From positions 47,616,001 through 47,680,000 of the forward strand of contig NC_091476.1 of assembly GCF_036971445.1 (NCBI RefSeq): 64,000 bases of DNA, in the 5' to 3' direction. Origin of the DNA: Narcine bancroftii (taxonomy: Eukaryota). The translations under genes were made by a program, and so were the position numbers. The notes under the pieces were generated by a model. That model made no database searches. It saw only the letters and a program-made list of their open reading frames with translations, and was not told the DNA's origin. Below, one piece after another: positions 26,426 to 38,995 of this stretch (position 1 is the stretch's first letter; each line of letters starts with the position of its first letter).

Positions 26426-26812
26426 TCTTATTTCATGTATTAAGTCCATGAACAGGTCACAGTACTGCAATTGTGGAACTGCTGTGTCACTTCCAGCCAT
26501 GTCTCCTCACTACGAATGATCATAGAGGCAACCAACCCTCAACATCCCAAATCCATCCATAAGCTCTTTCCTCTATGCCTCCTCAAAGGCTGTCTTTACT
26601 TTGGTCTTTAAGAGTCTTTGTCTACAAGTCAAGCAATACCAACCCTTAAAATGAAATACTTCCAATGTAGCAAGGTCCAAATAACTCAGACAGATGGACT
26701 AAAATTCCTCCGATGATCACCATTTGACATTGGATCTTCACTCCTATCATGGGCCTGGACCTTGTCACTTTATTCTTGCAATTATTTATTTCTGCTTTAA
26801 TTTTATCTAACC

Positions 26813-27296
26813 CAGTGGCTCTTAACCTTTTTCTTTCCTCTCACGTACTTTACATTACTTTAGGTAATCCTTAGGCCATCGGTGGTCTGTGATTGGTAAG
26901 GGATTGATTAAGGTGGGATGTGAATGGAAAGGGAAGGTGGAGAATCACTGTTCTAGACCCAATTGTTACTGAAATATTTTGCTTGAGAAAAATTGACATT
27001 GGCCCATTTCCTTTGGAGTTCTGAAACCGTGCACATAACGAGTCAATTACGTATGATTAAAACAGTGGTTTTCAAACGTTTTCTTTCCACCCACATACCA
27101 CCTTAAGCAATCCCTGACTAATCACAGCCCTGTGGTGCATTGGCACTGATGGAGATTGTGGAGGAGATGGTCTGGTTGTGAGGAAATCCAGGATCCATTT
27201 GCACAGTGGGGTGTTGATTCCCAGGTCTTGAAGTCTATGGCATAGGGAATACTTAAAGTGGTATGTGAGTGGAAACATAAAGGTTGAGAACCACTG
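26813..27296. mobile_element. Second, inverted copy of the composite hAT-Charlie MITE
   Basis: TIRs CAGTGGCTCTTAACC / GGTTGAGAACCACTG. 26951-27062 is the reverse complement of spacer 4654-4765. A further half-unit lies at about 27410-27468. Confidence 0.85.
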
Positions 27297-27564
27297 ATAA
27301 TCAGTGCAGGCAATGCCATCCAAATATATTAACATCCAGACAAAGAGCATGTCCAATTTTCTGAACAGAACCCCCCTTATTAGAGCTCAGTCCATCTGAA
27401 TTGCCCTAAGGCACAGGGAATACTTAAGACGGTATGTGAGTGGAAAGAAAATTTTTGGGGAACCCTGATAAACTCAACATTTCCCTTCCTCAGACTTAAC
27501 CTATAATCACATCCTGACATGTCTCTCCAACTTCCCCTGACTCAAATACCTGAAACATAGCCAT

Positions 27565-28670
27565 TTGATAAAGGCATTTAACACCATAATCCCCTTCAAA
27601 ACTGATCAGCAAACTTCATGACCAGGGAATGAACACCCCACTGTGCAAATGGATCCTGGATTTCCTCACATCCAGACCATCTCCTCCACAATCTCCATCA
27701 GTACCGGTGCACCACAGGGCTGTGTTCTGAGCCCCCTACTCTACTCACTTTACACTACGACTGTGTAGCTTGGTACAACAATAACATAATTAACAAATTT
27801 GCCGACAAAACCACAGTAGAGGTTTGTATAAGGGAAGGGAATGAGTCTGCCTACAGGATGGAGTTTGAAAATGGCTGAATGGTGCACCAACAATGTTACC
27901 AAAACCAATGAGCTGATTGTTGACTTCAGGAAGGGAAAACCAGAGGTGTACAATCTAGTGATCATTGGGGGATCAGAGGTGGAGAGGATGAGCTAATTTA
28001 AGTTCTTGGGAGTCACTATCACAGAGGATCTTTCCTGGACACAACACACTAATGGCATCATGAAGAAAGCACTTTACTTTCCTCAGAGTTTGCAGACGTT
28101 TGGTATGCCACCAGAATTCTGGCAAATTTCTGCAGATTTGTGGTAGAAAGTGTGTTGACCGGTGACACCAATATCCCTGAGTGCAAAGCCCTCCAAAAGG
28201 TACTGAACACAGCCCAGGACATCACAGGTAAAACCTTCCCCACCATCGAGAGCATCTACAGGGAACGCTGCCATTGGGGAGCAGCTGCAATCATTAAGGA
28301 TCCACACCACCCAGCACACCTTGTTCTCGCTGCTGTCATCAGGAAAGAGGTTTAGGTGCCACAAGACTCGCACCACCAGGTTCAGGAACAGCTGCTCCTC
28401 CTCCACCATCAGACTCTTTGACAACAAACTCAATCAGGGACTCATTTAAGGACTCGTATTTTTGCACTTTATTGTATGCTTTATATTCTCTGTATTACAC
28501 AGTTAGTTTGTTTACATTTGTTACCTGTTTACATTTCATTATTTGTTTACATGTATATGTTGTGTATACAGTTTTATTTGCACTACCGATAAGTGGTAAT
28601 TCTGCTGTGCCCATAGGAAAAAGAATCTTAGGATTGTATATGATATATGTACTCTGACAATAAGCCTGAA
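27565..28670 (+). mobile_element. Rex1/Babar LINE RT and 3' end, decayed
   Basis: AFNTIIP, TGAPQGCVLSPLLYSLYT, KFADK, KFLGVTITEDLSW, IIKDPHHPAH. Confidence 0.88.
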
Positions 28671-30104
28671 ATCCCTACCTCCACATGTCCCACATAAATC
28701 CATATCATTGTGTGCATTCCAAAATTCACTCCCTTTCTTACACTTAATTTTCCCTTTGCAACCTCCTCCAGTGCCAACATGCTCCCAAAGCTGACCTCTG
28801 TCCATTCCTTCATTTCCATGACACTCATGGAGTTTCAGAGATGTTCAAATATTAATGAACCAATGCAAACATTTTTGCACTTTTATTTTTTTCCCCACTG
28901 TTGATGAAAATTTTCATTGTGTGGTTTATGTTCTTCTAATGTGTGCTTCTTAATTGCATTACTTAAATGTGGAAATATATTATTCCTGACGTATATATGG
29001 GTAACAGATCCTTCAGTCATGACCTGTTTTTTTTACACAATGAATCTGGTGAAAGGTATTATCAGTTTTATTGCATAAAAGCAAGCCATCACCCAAATAT
29101 CTGTGTTTAAACCTGAATACTTAGTGCTCACAATACTAACAATATGTTATCCAGCAAGGCCCTATTGGCTAGCTAAATGCATGTATTTCAAAGCAGCTTT
29201 GTTAACACTCACTGTTCAACAAAAAAAAATTCTTTATTCTTTCACTTACTGAGCAATTTCACAGGATGCAAATTATTTTATTGACGCTTGTTCAACAAAT
29301 TGTATGAAATTTGTGAAATATAGCAACAAGTCACGATTCTGGCTATTGGTGCAGTGAGACCCCAACAATTCTATCTTATAATTAAACTGGGAAGATAAAC
29401 TGAGCAAAAAGCTATTGACTCATAATGGGGCTGAAATAATCACTTCTGCCTGCTGAATTTTAGACAAGGTCAAAGCAAACAGATAATTACAATGGGAACA
29501 GTTCAAGCAGTAACATCATGCCAGAGCTGATTAAGAATGACATAACCCATCTTCTTGTCAATCCCCTTCATGCAAGGCAAACTCTATATCAGTAAAATAT
29601 TTGCCAGAAGTAAGTAAATACACTTGCCACCCATAGTGAGAGCCTTACAATTGGTGACATCAGTGGCAGGTGATGATTAAAGATAAATGGAATGCAACAA
29701 TTATTCTTGTGGATGAATATCTTGAGATTTTTTTTGATGGGTCAAGTAAAATCTAAATAATTGATTTTCCATTCAATATTGTGCCATCACATGTTTGGCT
29801 GTAGAGCATATTAAAATCAAGCAACAATTTTATTCCTCATACCCTGATTTGATTGCCGCCCAATTTTCAAAAGCTGAAACTTGACATGCAACAGAACTAA
29901 AGCCTGTGGCTGTTCTCACTTCAGGCTTTCTTGAATGCCGCAGAGCAACTTCTAATCTCCCAACCTACAAGCCTGGAAATTATTGGGAAGTGATAGCCTT
30001 TAAAGGCCAGTCTGATCCAATTCAAATTTTGGACTGTTGCTGGGGGACCTTACCCTAGGGATGGGCTTGTGCAGAAAAGATCTCCCGCATCTGAAAAGAT
30101 AGTC

Positions 30105-31595
30105 CCTTGGACCTTGAGAAGTTTAGTGCAGAAATTGCAGGAGCCCTAGCAGAGGTATTTAAAATGTCCTCAGCCAAGGGTGATATGCTGGAGGATTGGA
30201 GGATCGCTAATACTGTTCCATTGTTTAATAAAGGCTCTAAGAATAATCCAAGAAATTATAGGCCAGTGAACGTGATATCAGAAGTGGATATGTTAAAATT
30301 TTAAATCTAGATACATATGCTTGCTGAGTGATGGCTTGCTTTTATTCAATAAAACTGATAATCCCTTTCATTAGTTTTAAATAAAAAACAATAAATAAGT
30401 ACTTGGATGATCTCTTTATGCATGGTGGGTCATGTCTAACTAATTGTATAGAGTTTATCGAGGAGATTACCAAGAAAGCTGATGAGGGAAAGGTAGTGAG
30501 TTGATGTTGTCAACATGGACTTCAGTAAGACTAGTGACAGATAGTAGATTGGTCATGAAGGTTCATTTGTTTGGTGTTTAGGATGAGATGGTAAATTAGA
30601 TGAGACATTACCTTTATGGGTAAAGGCAGAGAATGATGGTAGAGGATGCCTCTCTGACTGGAGGCCTACAACTAATGTTGTGTCTCAGATTAGTGCTGGG
30701 CCCATTGTTGATCGTCTCTATGTCAATGATCTGGATAATTATATGGTAAATTTGGTCAGCCAATTTGCAGATGACACATGGATTGCAGGTGTAGAGGACA
30801 GCGAGAAAAGCTTTCAAAGCTTTCAGTGGAATCTGGACTAGCTGGATAAATGGGTTGCAAAATGGCAGATAGAAATTAATGTAGGCAAGTGTGATGTGTT
30901 GCACTTTGGAGGATGAATTGGGGTAGGACTTAAATGGCAAATAGAGGGTCATTGTGGATTGTAGTAGAACAGAGAAATAAGGATACATAATTCCTTGAAA
31001 ATGATGTCACAGATAGATAAGGTCTTGTAGAGTTTTTGGCATTTTGGCCTTCATAAATAAAAGTATTGGGATGTTATATCGAAATTGCACAAGACATTGG
31101 TGAGGCCAAATTTTGAGCAGTGTGCAAAGCTTTGGTCTCCTAACCACAGGAAAAAATATCCATAAGATTAAAAGAATGCAGGGAACATTTCCAAGGATAT
31201 TGCTGGGACTTGGATAGATGGGTTACAATGGAAAATTGAATAGGTTAGGACTTTATTCCATGGAGCATTGGAGAAGTAGGTGAAATGTGATATACAAATA
31301 ATGATGGGTATCGGTCGGGTTAATGCAAACAGACTTTCTCCACTGAGGTTGGGTGAGACAAGAACAAGAAGACAAGGGTGTAAGGGCAAAAGGTGAAACT
31401 TCTTCTCGCAGAGGGTGGGGAGACTGCGCAATGGATGCTAGTCCATTTTCAACATTTAAGAGAAATTTGGAGTGGTACATATGATGGAAGGGGTAGAAAG
31501 AGCTATGGTCCGGGTGCACGTTAATAGGATTAGGCATAAACTGCATGAGCCAAAGGGCCTGGCTGTCTGCTGTAGTGCCTTATGTTTCTATGGTC
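30105..31595 (+). mobile_element. CR1 LINE RT and 3' end, decayed
   Basis: EDWRIANTVPLFNKGSKNNPRNYRPV, FADDT, LVRPNFE..WSPNHRK and a CR1 tail. Confidence 0.85.
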
Positions 31596-31599
31596 TTCA

Positions 31600-32422
31600 G
31601 AAGCCAAGCAATTGGCAAAAAGAACTTATAACGTTATTTTGAGCTTTTTCAGGTGCGACAGAGTATTTAGAGGTGGTTTGGGAGGAATTGTTAGAGGAGG
31701 TTGCACACAAACATTTTAAAACACAGAATATTTGCAGGACTTTTGCAGAGTGCTTTTTGAGAAAAGAGCAACAAAGTTGCAGCATACAGTTTGCCTGAGA
31801 GAGCATGTGATTTTTGCAGGCAGTCAGAACAGTTTTGCTCTCAGAGAGGGAGTGTGTGAAACAGAGAGAAAGGAGACAGAAATCAGTTCCAGAAGCACAA
31901 AGCTGGCAAACCTTTGGAAGACTGCCTGGTCAAAGGAGAAGACTGGCTGTCTGAAAGGTGACCTGAAAGGAGGAGGATCATCTGGAGAACCCTGAAGAGG
32001 GCAAGTTTCGTCAACAAGACTGATTAACCAGGAATCAGGTGTGGATGTCCTGGAACAAAAGGAATCTCTCTCTGAAGACCAACAAGAACCCCCTGAGTGA
32101 TAACCATTTGCCTGTTAAGCACCAAAGACTGGTGAACTTTGTTAATGCTAATTTCTGTGCACAGTACAAGAATTGCCTGCAACCAGTGAGTTTGGACCAT
32201 GATTGAAAGAACTTTTCTAATCTTGAACATACATTATACACACCTGCGCTTAGTATTAAAGGGGGGATTAAATAGGTTAAGTAAGTAGGTTAAGTAGTAA
32301 GTTAAAGTTTAATTCTGTTTTCTTGTTCAAATATAATTAAAAACTACTTTTGTTTAAGTAATTCTGTGTTGTGAAGCATATCTATTGCTGATGGTTTTGG
32401 GGGTCCTCTGGACTCCGTAACA
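31600..32422 (+). mobile_element. LTR-like repeat, 5' boundary unclear
   Basis: Non-coding block ending in ...CTCCGTAACA with LTR-like composition. No TSD confirmed. Confidence 0.45.
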
Positions 32423-33569
32423 CAGGTCCTGATCTAGTTTATTGCTGACTAACATTAATTCATGCTCAGTTTCTCAGAAATAGCAGAAGAGCTAGATCAC
32501 TGTATCACTAGATCATGTAGCTTGTTGAGAATAGCAGCCTGCTGAGTAGAAATTAGGCCCCAGACTTTTGGTGCATGGTTAGGATAGCAAGTGAAAGGTA
32601 AGTCAACAGCTCCCAACACTTCAGACCAGCTGAATTTTAATTTAGTGTTCAAGCCTCAAATGCCACCACATGTGGATAAATCCATCAAAATGCACCTCCC
32701 AAAGAAACACATTAAAAAATATAGGGGCAGGCATAAGCCATCGGCCCATCGAACCTGCTCTGCCATTCAATGTGATCATAGCTGGGATCTTGCTACCTGC
32801 CTATTTCCCATCTCCCTCAATTCCCTTACTATGTAGAAATTTATCCAACCTTGTTATTATTGATCAAATTCTATCCATGTGATTTTTAATAATCGTTGTG
32901 CACCAGGTAGCAACGCAACCCATTTCTTTGCCAGATCTTAGATGATGAGGTCACAATGTTCTTGTTGAATATTGACGGTGCATTCAAATGATTGGACCTC
33001 ACCCTTAGCACTGCTTCACACCCGAGTGCTCCAGGATCTAGAGTAATTGAACCTCTTTAGCAGATGCTCACAGGAAGGAAATAAAGGTTAGATCATAATT
33101 CCATTCATCCCTCTAAATAGCATTTCCACTTGGGACCAGAAGTTGTCTTGTAAAGTGAAAATATTTTTCAACAGAGTGTGTAGTCATCTTCCATAAGCTT
33201 CAGTCTTAGAGCACACGCACGAACCTATTCTGAGGACAGTAAAGTGGGAACCGGTGATCTCAGGAGAGAGCACCAAAGTAACACAGAAGATATTTTGGGA
33301 CAGGTTGTGTGGGGCTCTGTATAAGTTTGTCTCACTGAGACAGGGGAAAGATGGTAGGAAAAGAGAATTAGGTTGACAAAACGGGTATGGACGCTAGTTA
33401 AGAGGAAGAAGGAACCATACATTAGATTTAGGAAGCAAAAAACAGGAAAGCACATGAGAATTGTATGGTAACCTGGAAAGAACTTAAGAAAGAGAGCTTG
33501 AAGGGGGCCTGAGAAGGGCTTGCCAAGTAGGATTAAAGAAAACCCTAAGAAGTTCTATGCTTATGTGAA

Positions 33570-33790
33570 GTACACAAGTAAGAGTCCTTAAATGAGTCCC
33601 TGATTGACCATGTCATTGAGGAGTCTGATGGTGGAGGGGGAGCAACTGTTCCTGAACCTGGTGGTGCAAGTCTTGTGGCACCCACACCTCTTTCCTGATG
33701 GCAGCGGTGAGAACAGAGCGTGTGCTGGGTGGTGAGGGTCTTTGATGATTGCTGTTGCCCTCTGACTGCAGTGTTCTCTGTCAATGTACA
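33570..33790 (-). mobile_element. Rex1/Babar 3' fragment nested in CR1
   Basis: IIKDPHHPAHALFSPLPSGKRCGCHKTCTTRFRNSCSPSTIRLLN, closely similar to 28260-28460. Confidence 0.85.
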
Positions 33791-34679
33791 ACGAGAAGGA
33801 AGTGGAAGATAGTGAGTTTAGGGAGAGGAGCATGGATAACCTGGAGCAAATTAGTATTAAGAAGCAGCTATCATGGGATACATAAGAGTTGAAAGATCCA
33901 CATGGCTAGATAAGCTCTATCCCAGGATCATAGGGGAAGCAACGGAGGAGAGAGCTGAGCTCTTGATGGAGATTTTTTCATCTTTGTTATCTGCAGGTGA
34001 GGTGCTAGAAAATTGCAGAAAAACAAATGTTTCAGATGCATAAGATTGAGGAACATGGAATCCAATGTGTTTGGATTGAAAACTGGCTTAGCCACAGAAG
34101 ACAGAGGTCTGTGACCAATGATGTTCCATAGGGATCAGTACTGGGATCTCTGTAATTTATGATCTATCTAAATAATTTGAACATCAATTATATTTGGTTG
34201 CTAAGTTCACAGATGATATAAAAATTGGTTAAGTTATGGATAGAGAAGATTGCCAAAGGATACAGCAGGTTATGGATCAGTTAGAAATGTGGGCAGAGAT
34301 GGAGTTTTATCTGGACATTGAATTTTGGGAGGTTAAATGTAAAGGGAAAGTAAATGGCAAGACCCTTAGAAGCATTGATATGCAAACAAAACCTGGAGAG
34401 CAAACCCATAGCTCCCTGAATGTAGCAGTAAGTAAGGTGTATGGCATGCTTGCCTTCATTGGTTGGGGCATTGAGTATAAAGATTGCAGCAGTAAAATAA
34501 ATTTGGTTAGGCCATATTTGGAGTAATGTGTGGAGATCTGGTCTCTGCTGTACAGGGAGGATGCAAGGTCTTGGTGAGGGTGGAGAACAGATTCACCAGG
34601 ATATTGTCCAGATTAGAGTATTGGTATAAGAAGAAGTTGGACGTCCAACTTCCCCCTGCTCATCACTCAATGGTCCACG

Positions 34680-34980
34680 GAGATGCACAACTGCATGCCC
34701 ATGGAGAAAATAACATGTAATTTAAGAAATATATACGATACTTTTGCCAAAATATGGCAACCTTATCTAGAACACGTTGGTATGCAGCTATAACAACAGC
34801 CCACAGTTTTAAAAAGCTAATAAAATGAAGCACCTCAAAAGAGTGGAAATAGATGAGAGAGACTGGTGGGACATGAAAATTCTCTTTTCACCATCATTTT
34901 TTTGTCACTTTAATTGTTTTAGCTGTTTAATTTTCAACATTCTGGGGGGAGGGAAGGAAATAATAAGTAAGCTGGCATGG
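34680..34980 (+). mobile_element. L1-clade 3' end fragment
   Basis: MHNCMPMEKITCNLRNIYDTFAKIWQPYLEH matches an L1 ORF2 terminus. Confidence 0.6.
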
Positions 34981-35332
34981 GATGGATAGCAAGGAGAAAC
35001 TGGGTAATCACAACCCAAAGAGCCTTACGTCAGTGGCCGAGAAATTATTGGAGAAAATACAAAATGATAGGATTTATGTACATTTGGAAAGGCAAGAGCT
35101 GAAAATATATATTTTTTCAGGGAAATCTTTTGACGAAGTGACAAAGAAGATTGAAACGGACAGGGTGTTAGACATTGTCTGCATGGACAATTTGCATAAA
35201 ACATTTGACAAGGTCCCTTTGATAGGCTGGTCCAGAGGTTAAGGCACATGGGATCCAAGGAGTGCTGGCCAGTTGGATCCAATATTGGTGGTGATAGGAG
35301 GAAGAAGGTGATGATGGAAGGATGTTTCTCTG

Positions 35333-35853
35333 TTTCTAAATACTTTATTTATAAATTTTAAACAACAATTACATTACCTTCAATTGTAAGCTATTTAAAA
35401 ATGATTACATTTTTAAATATGATAATATACTCCCAAACCCCATCGTTAAAAAAAAAGGAAGAAAGAACTGGAGAATACCAAGAAATAAAACATTTATACA
35501 GAAAGATTTATTGGAGGTTACCTAGAAGTGAGGTCTTCAGAGAGCCAATCATATGTGCAAATCAAAATTTTGTAAATATGGGCTCCATATTTTTAAAAAA
35601 AATGATATTTATTTCACAAATTACAAGTAATTTTCTCTAATGTATACAATTATGAAGTTGTGCACGCCATCGTTCCAAGCCTCAATCTATTTCTGATTTC
35701 CATGATATTGCTATACATTTCCTAACAACTGCTATAGCAATTAACACAAATTCAATTTGATAAATATTTAAATTTAACTTTGGCTTTATAAACTTAATAT
35801 TACTCAGTAAAAACAACATCGGGTGCTGTGGGAATTTGACCCCAATAATTCAT
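35333..35853 (-). mobile_element. L1-clade 5'-truncated insertion in CR1
   Basis: L1 ORF2 terminus on the minus strand. 16-bp TSD GAAGGATGTTTCTCTG / GAAGGATGTTTTTCTG at 35317-35332 and 35854-35869. Confidence 0.78.
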
Positions 35854-37635
35854 GAAGGATGTTTTTCTGATTGGATGTCTGTGACCAGTGGTTTAACGGA
35901 AGGATTGTTGCCAGGACACTTCTTGTTCGAAGTACATGTTAACATCTTGGATGTAAATGCAGGAGGTGCGATGAACAAGCTTGTTAATGACACAAAAGCT
36001 TATAGAACTGTGGGTATCGAGGGAGGAATTGTCTAAAACAATGGCAGGATAGATTGGATGGGAAGTTGGGAGGAGCATGAGCAGATTGTAGGTGGAAAAT
36101 TAAATTGAAATAGAAAATATACTCAATGTAGGTTGTCAAGGAATGTTAATTAACAACTTGGGGTCCAAGTGCATAGTTCTCTATGAGTGACAATGCAAGT
36201 AGATAGGGGACGAAAAAGGCTTTTGACCTGCTTGCTTCATTGGTAGAAGTTGGCACCTTGTGTTGCAACTTTACAGTGTACGGAGCATTGAATGCTATTC
36301 TGGGCACCAGAATACAAGGAGGGGCAATTACACTGGAGAGAGTGCAGAGCATTTTACCAGGATGTTGACTGGATTTGAGGACTTTAGATATGGGAAGAGA
36401 TTGGATAGGCTGGATTTATTTTCCTTTGAGTGAAGGAGGCTGACGAATGAATGAATGAGAAATACACAAGATTTTTGAGAGGCAGAGATAGGGCAGATAA
36501 TCATTTTTTTCTGTTCTTTGGATATCAAAAACAAGCTTCAAGTTTAAGTTAAGAGGTAGGAGCTTTACAGAGAAGGAGGGGAAAGATATGGTTAATATCT
36601 AGAACTCGCTGCCAATGGAGGTGGTGAAAATAGATGTTTGAGATACTTAATGAGCACTTAAATAGGCAAGGCAGAGCATGATACAAACCTCATGGTACTC
36701 ACAAAAATGGGTAAAGGTCAGCATGGACATGATGGTTTGTACAGTGCAGTTGTGTGATTCAGTGCAGCGTGCATGGAAATGCTTAATCCAGTTACCTCTT
36801 GGACACAATTTTACCTGGAAGGTGATTGCTAGTTCCATCTAACCAGGGTCCGCACAATAAAACAATTCCACTGTATCAGTAGATATGCATTTAGCAAGGA
36901 GCCAGTCTACAGAAACACAGCTCCAGCTATTTGAGATAGAAGTAGGGGCAGTGAACATTTTCTATATCTGGTCTTTAGAATGGGCAAAACAGCTGCAGTA
37001 AAACAAGTACAGATGGGGTTCTTTGACTGCATCGGTTGTTTTGTCTTTGGCTTATTTTGTTCAATAATAAATGAACTCAGGTTATGCAATCCATAATGTA
37101 ACTGGAAGCTAAATGCATCTTGTTCAAATGCTTCAACATTTCTTTTATTCTAGGTCTAAAAGTCTACAACTATGAAGGGAAGTAGACACCACAGTTTTGA
37201 ACCTTGGTGATTTTTTTTTGCCAACTGCCACTGCAGTTACATAGACATGTAATGATTGTCAAACATGTCCACTTAATTTCTTACATCAGTGATGCAGTAC
37301 ATTCAGCTCATTCCAAGAACCTTGAAGAAACCAGAGGGCAGAGCAGTGAATTTGTTTGGTAACACTTGCTGCACCCGAAATATTCATTCGATGGTGGAAG
37401 TGCATACCTGCAAAGTACACACCAATTCCTCACTCAGGCTACTGCGGCAACACCCCACCCCCCACCCCCTACCCATGATTTCTACCACCAAGAAGGAGAG
37501 CGAGAGCTTGGAAACACCACCACATGTACAGGCCCCTCTCCCAACCTCACACAATCCTGACTTGGAAACAAAACCCCATTCCATTATTATTGTACCAACA
37601 TCCTAGAGCTCCATGTCCAACAGCATCATAGGAGA

Positions 37636-37851
37636 CTGGAGGGGGAACTGCTGAGATCTGGAGCAATGCTCAGTCTCCTGGAGGAGCTCAGCAGGTCAAG
37701 CAGCATCGGTGGGAGAATAAAATGGTCAACGTTTCACACCAGAAGATTTGACGAAGGGCTTCAGATCAAAACATCGACCACTCTATTTCTCCCGCTGCTG
37801 CGGCTTGACCTGCTGAATTTCTCCAGTAGGTTACGTCTTGCTCCAGCATTT
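37636..37851. mobile_element. Penelope-derived foldback element (inverted tails)
   Basis: Arms ctggaggagctcagcaggtcaagcagcatc..gggagaat..ggtcaacgtttc and aaaacatcgacc..tctccc..gcttgacctgctgaatttctccag are inverted. Flanked by the direct repeat TAGGAGA at 37629-37635 and 37852-37858. Confidence 0.75.
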
Positions 37852-38449
37852 TAGGAGAGAATGCGAAGGTTCAAGAAAATGATTCGCCCATTTTCATTTC
37901 AAACAGTAAATAGGGAGTGGTCATAAATGCTCACCTTGCAAATGATGTCCACATGTCTTTATTTTACCAAACATTTTCCACTTTAACTGTGCAGACACAA
38001 TAATGATTGTACAGTGAAAATACATCTTTTTTAAACACCCACCATGGTATTACTTCTCTGAGAGTCCCTAAATATAAAATTAATTGCAAGTCATTTGATG
38101 AAATCCCCATGCACTTGAGTATAGGGCCAGCACCTCAAATGTTTCCAACATTTCTGGAAGTAATTGCCTTGAATATTTAAATAAGTGGATTATTTAAAAT
38201 GCAGAAATGATGCACTTTAAGTTAATTCAATAGCAGAGAAGCAGGGCTTAACAAGCTTCAGGTGTTCAGTACTGGAGTGATCCTGAAGCTGAACCCACTT
38301 CATTCTGGTGTTAAGCCTGATCTTCAAATCACATGTCTGACTTCCAGTAGTGTGAGATTAACCCTTTTGTTTCTAGTTGATTTTACACCTGTCTCTACCT
38401 AGCAGCCATAATTTTAGAATAAGGTGGAGTTGTGAGCCTTTGGAATTCC

Positions 38450-38995
38450 TTTCCTTTGCAAAAGTGTGGTGATGGACACTGGCAATCTGCAAGGGAGCCA
38501 AGGCACGAGAGCAGGCAAGTGGTGCTGAGCCTAAGGCTGGGTCAATCATTGACTGGCAGAGCTGGGCTGAACGGCTGGAGATAAACAAGAACTGCTGATG
38601 CTCAAATCCTGAAGTTGACACAGTCTGCTGGAAGGACCGTAGCTGTTGGACAAGTGGCTCTTGGGAACCAGATATCAGGATCAGCGAGGGTGCTGATGGC
38701 AAGGAGGGCTCCTGAAGGACATGAGGCACTGACAACTTCCCCGTCACATCAGAGGTTTGGATCCAGGAGCTTGAGTTTCACAACGAACAAGACAGGAGGC
38801 TGTGCATCTGCAGCATCTGGAGAAGGGCTGGAGGTGAAACCCATGGACAGGGTGTCTTTGAAGGGACTCTCTTTCACTTTTCTTATTTTCGGTGGCTCTG
38901 CTAATGGCACTTCTTTGCGTCCCTTTACGGAAAGCAAAGGTTGACCAATTTTATCTATTTATTACATGACAATCAAAGAATCTGAATCTTGATCT
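38450..38995 (+). repeat. Non-coding interspersed repeat, family X copy
   Basis: Shares blocks with 3040-3510 and 47420-47855. Tail attacatgacaatcaaagaatctgaatcttga. Confidence 0.65.

Larger units (their letters stand above)
33200..36770 (+). mobile_element. Mosaic of decayed CR1 LINE copies hosting nested insertions
   Basis: RIKENPKKFYAYV, GSVLGSL, KFTDD, YGMLAFIGWGIEYK, KTFDKVP, WMSVTSG and CR1 3' remnants. Confidence 0.75.
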
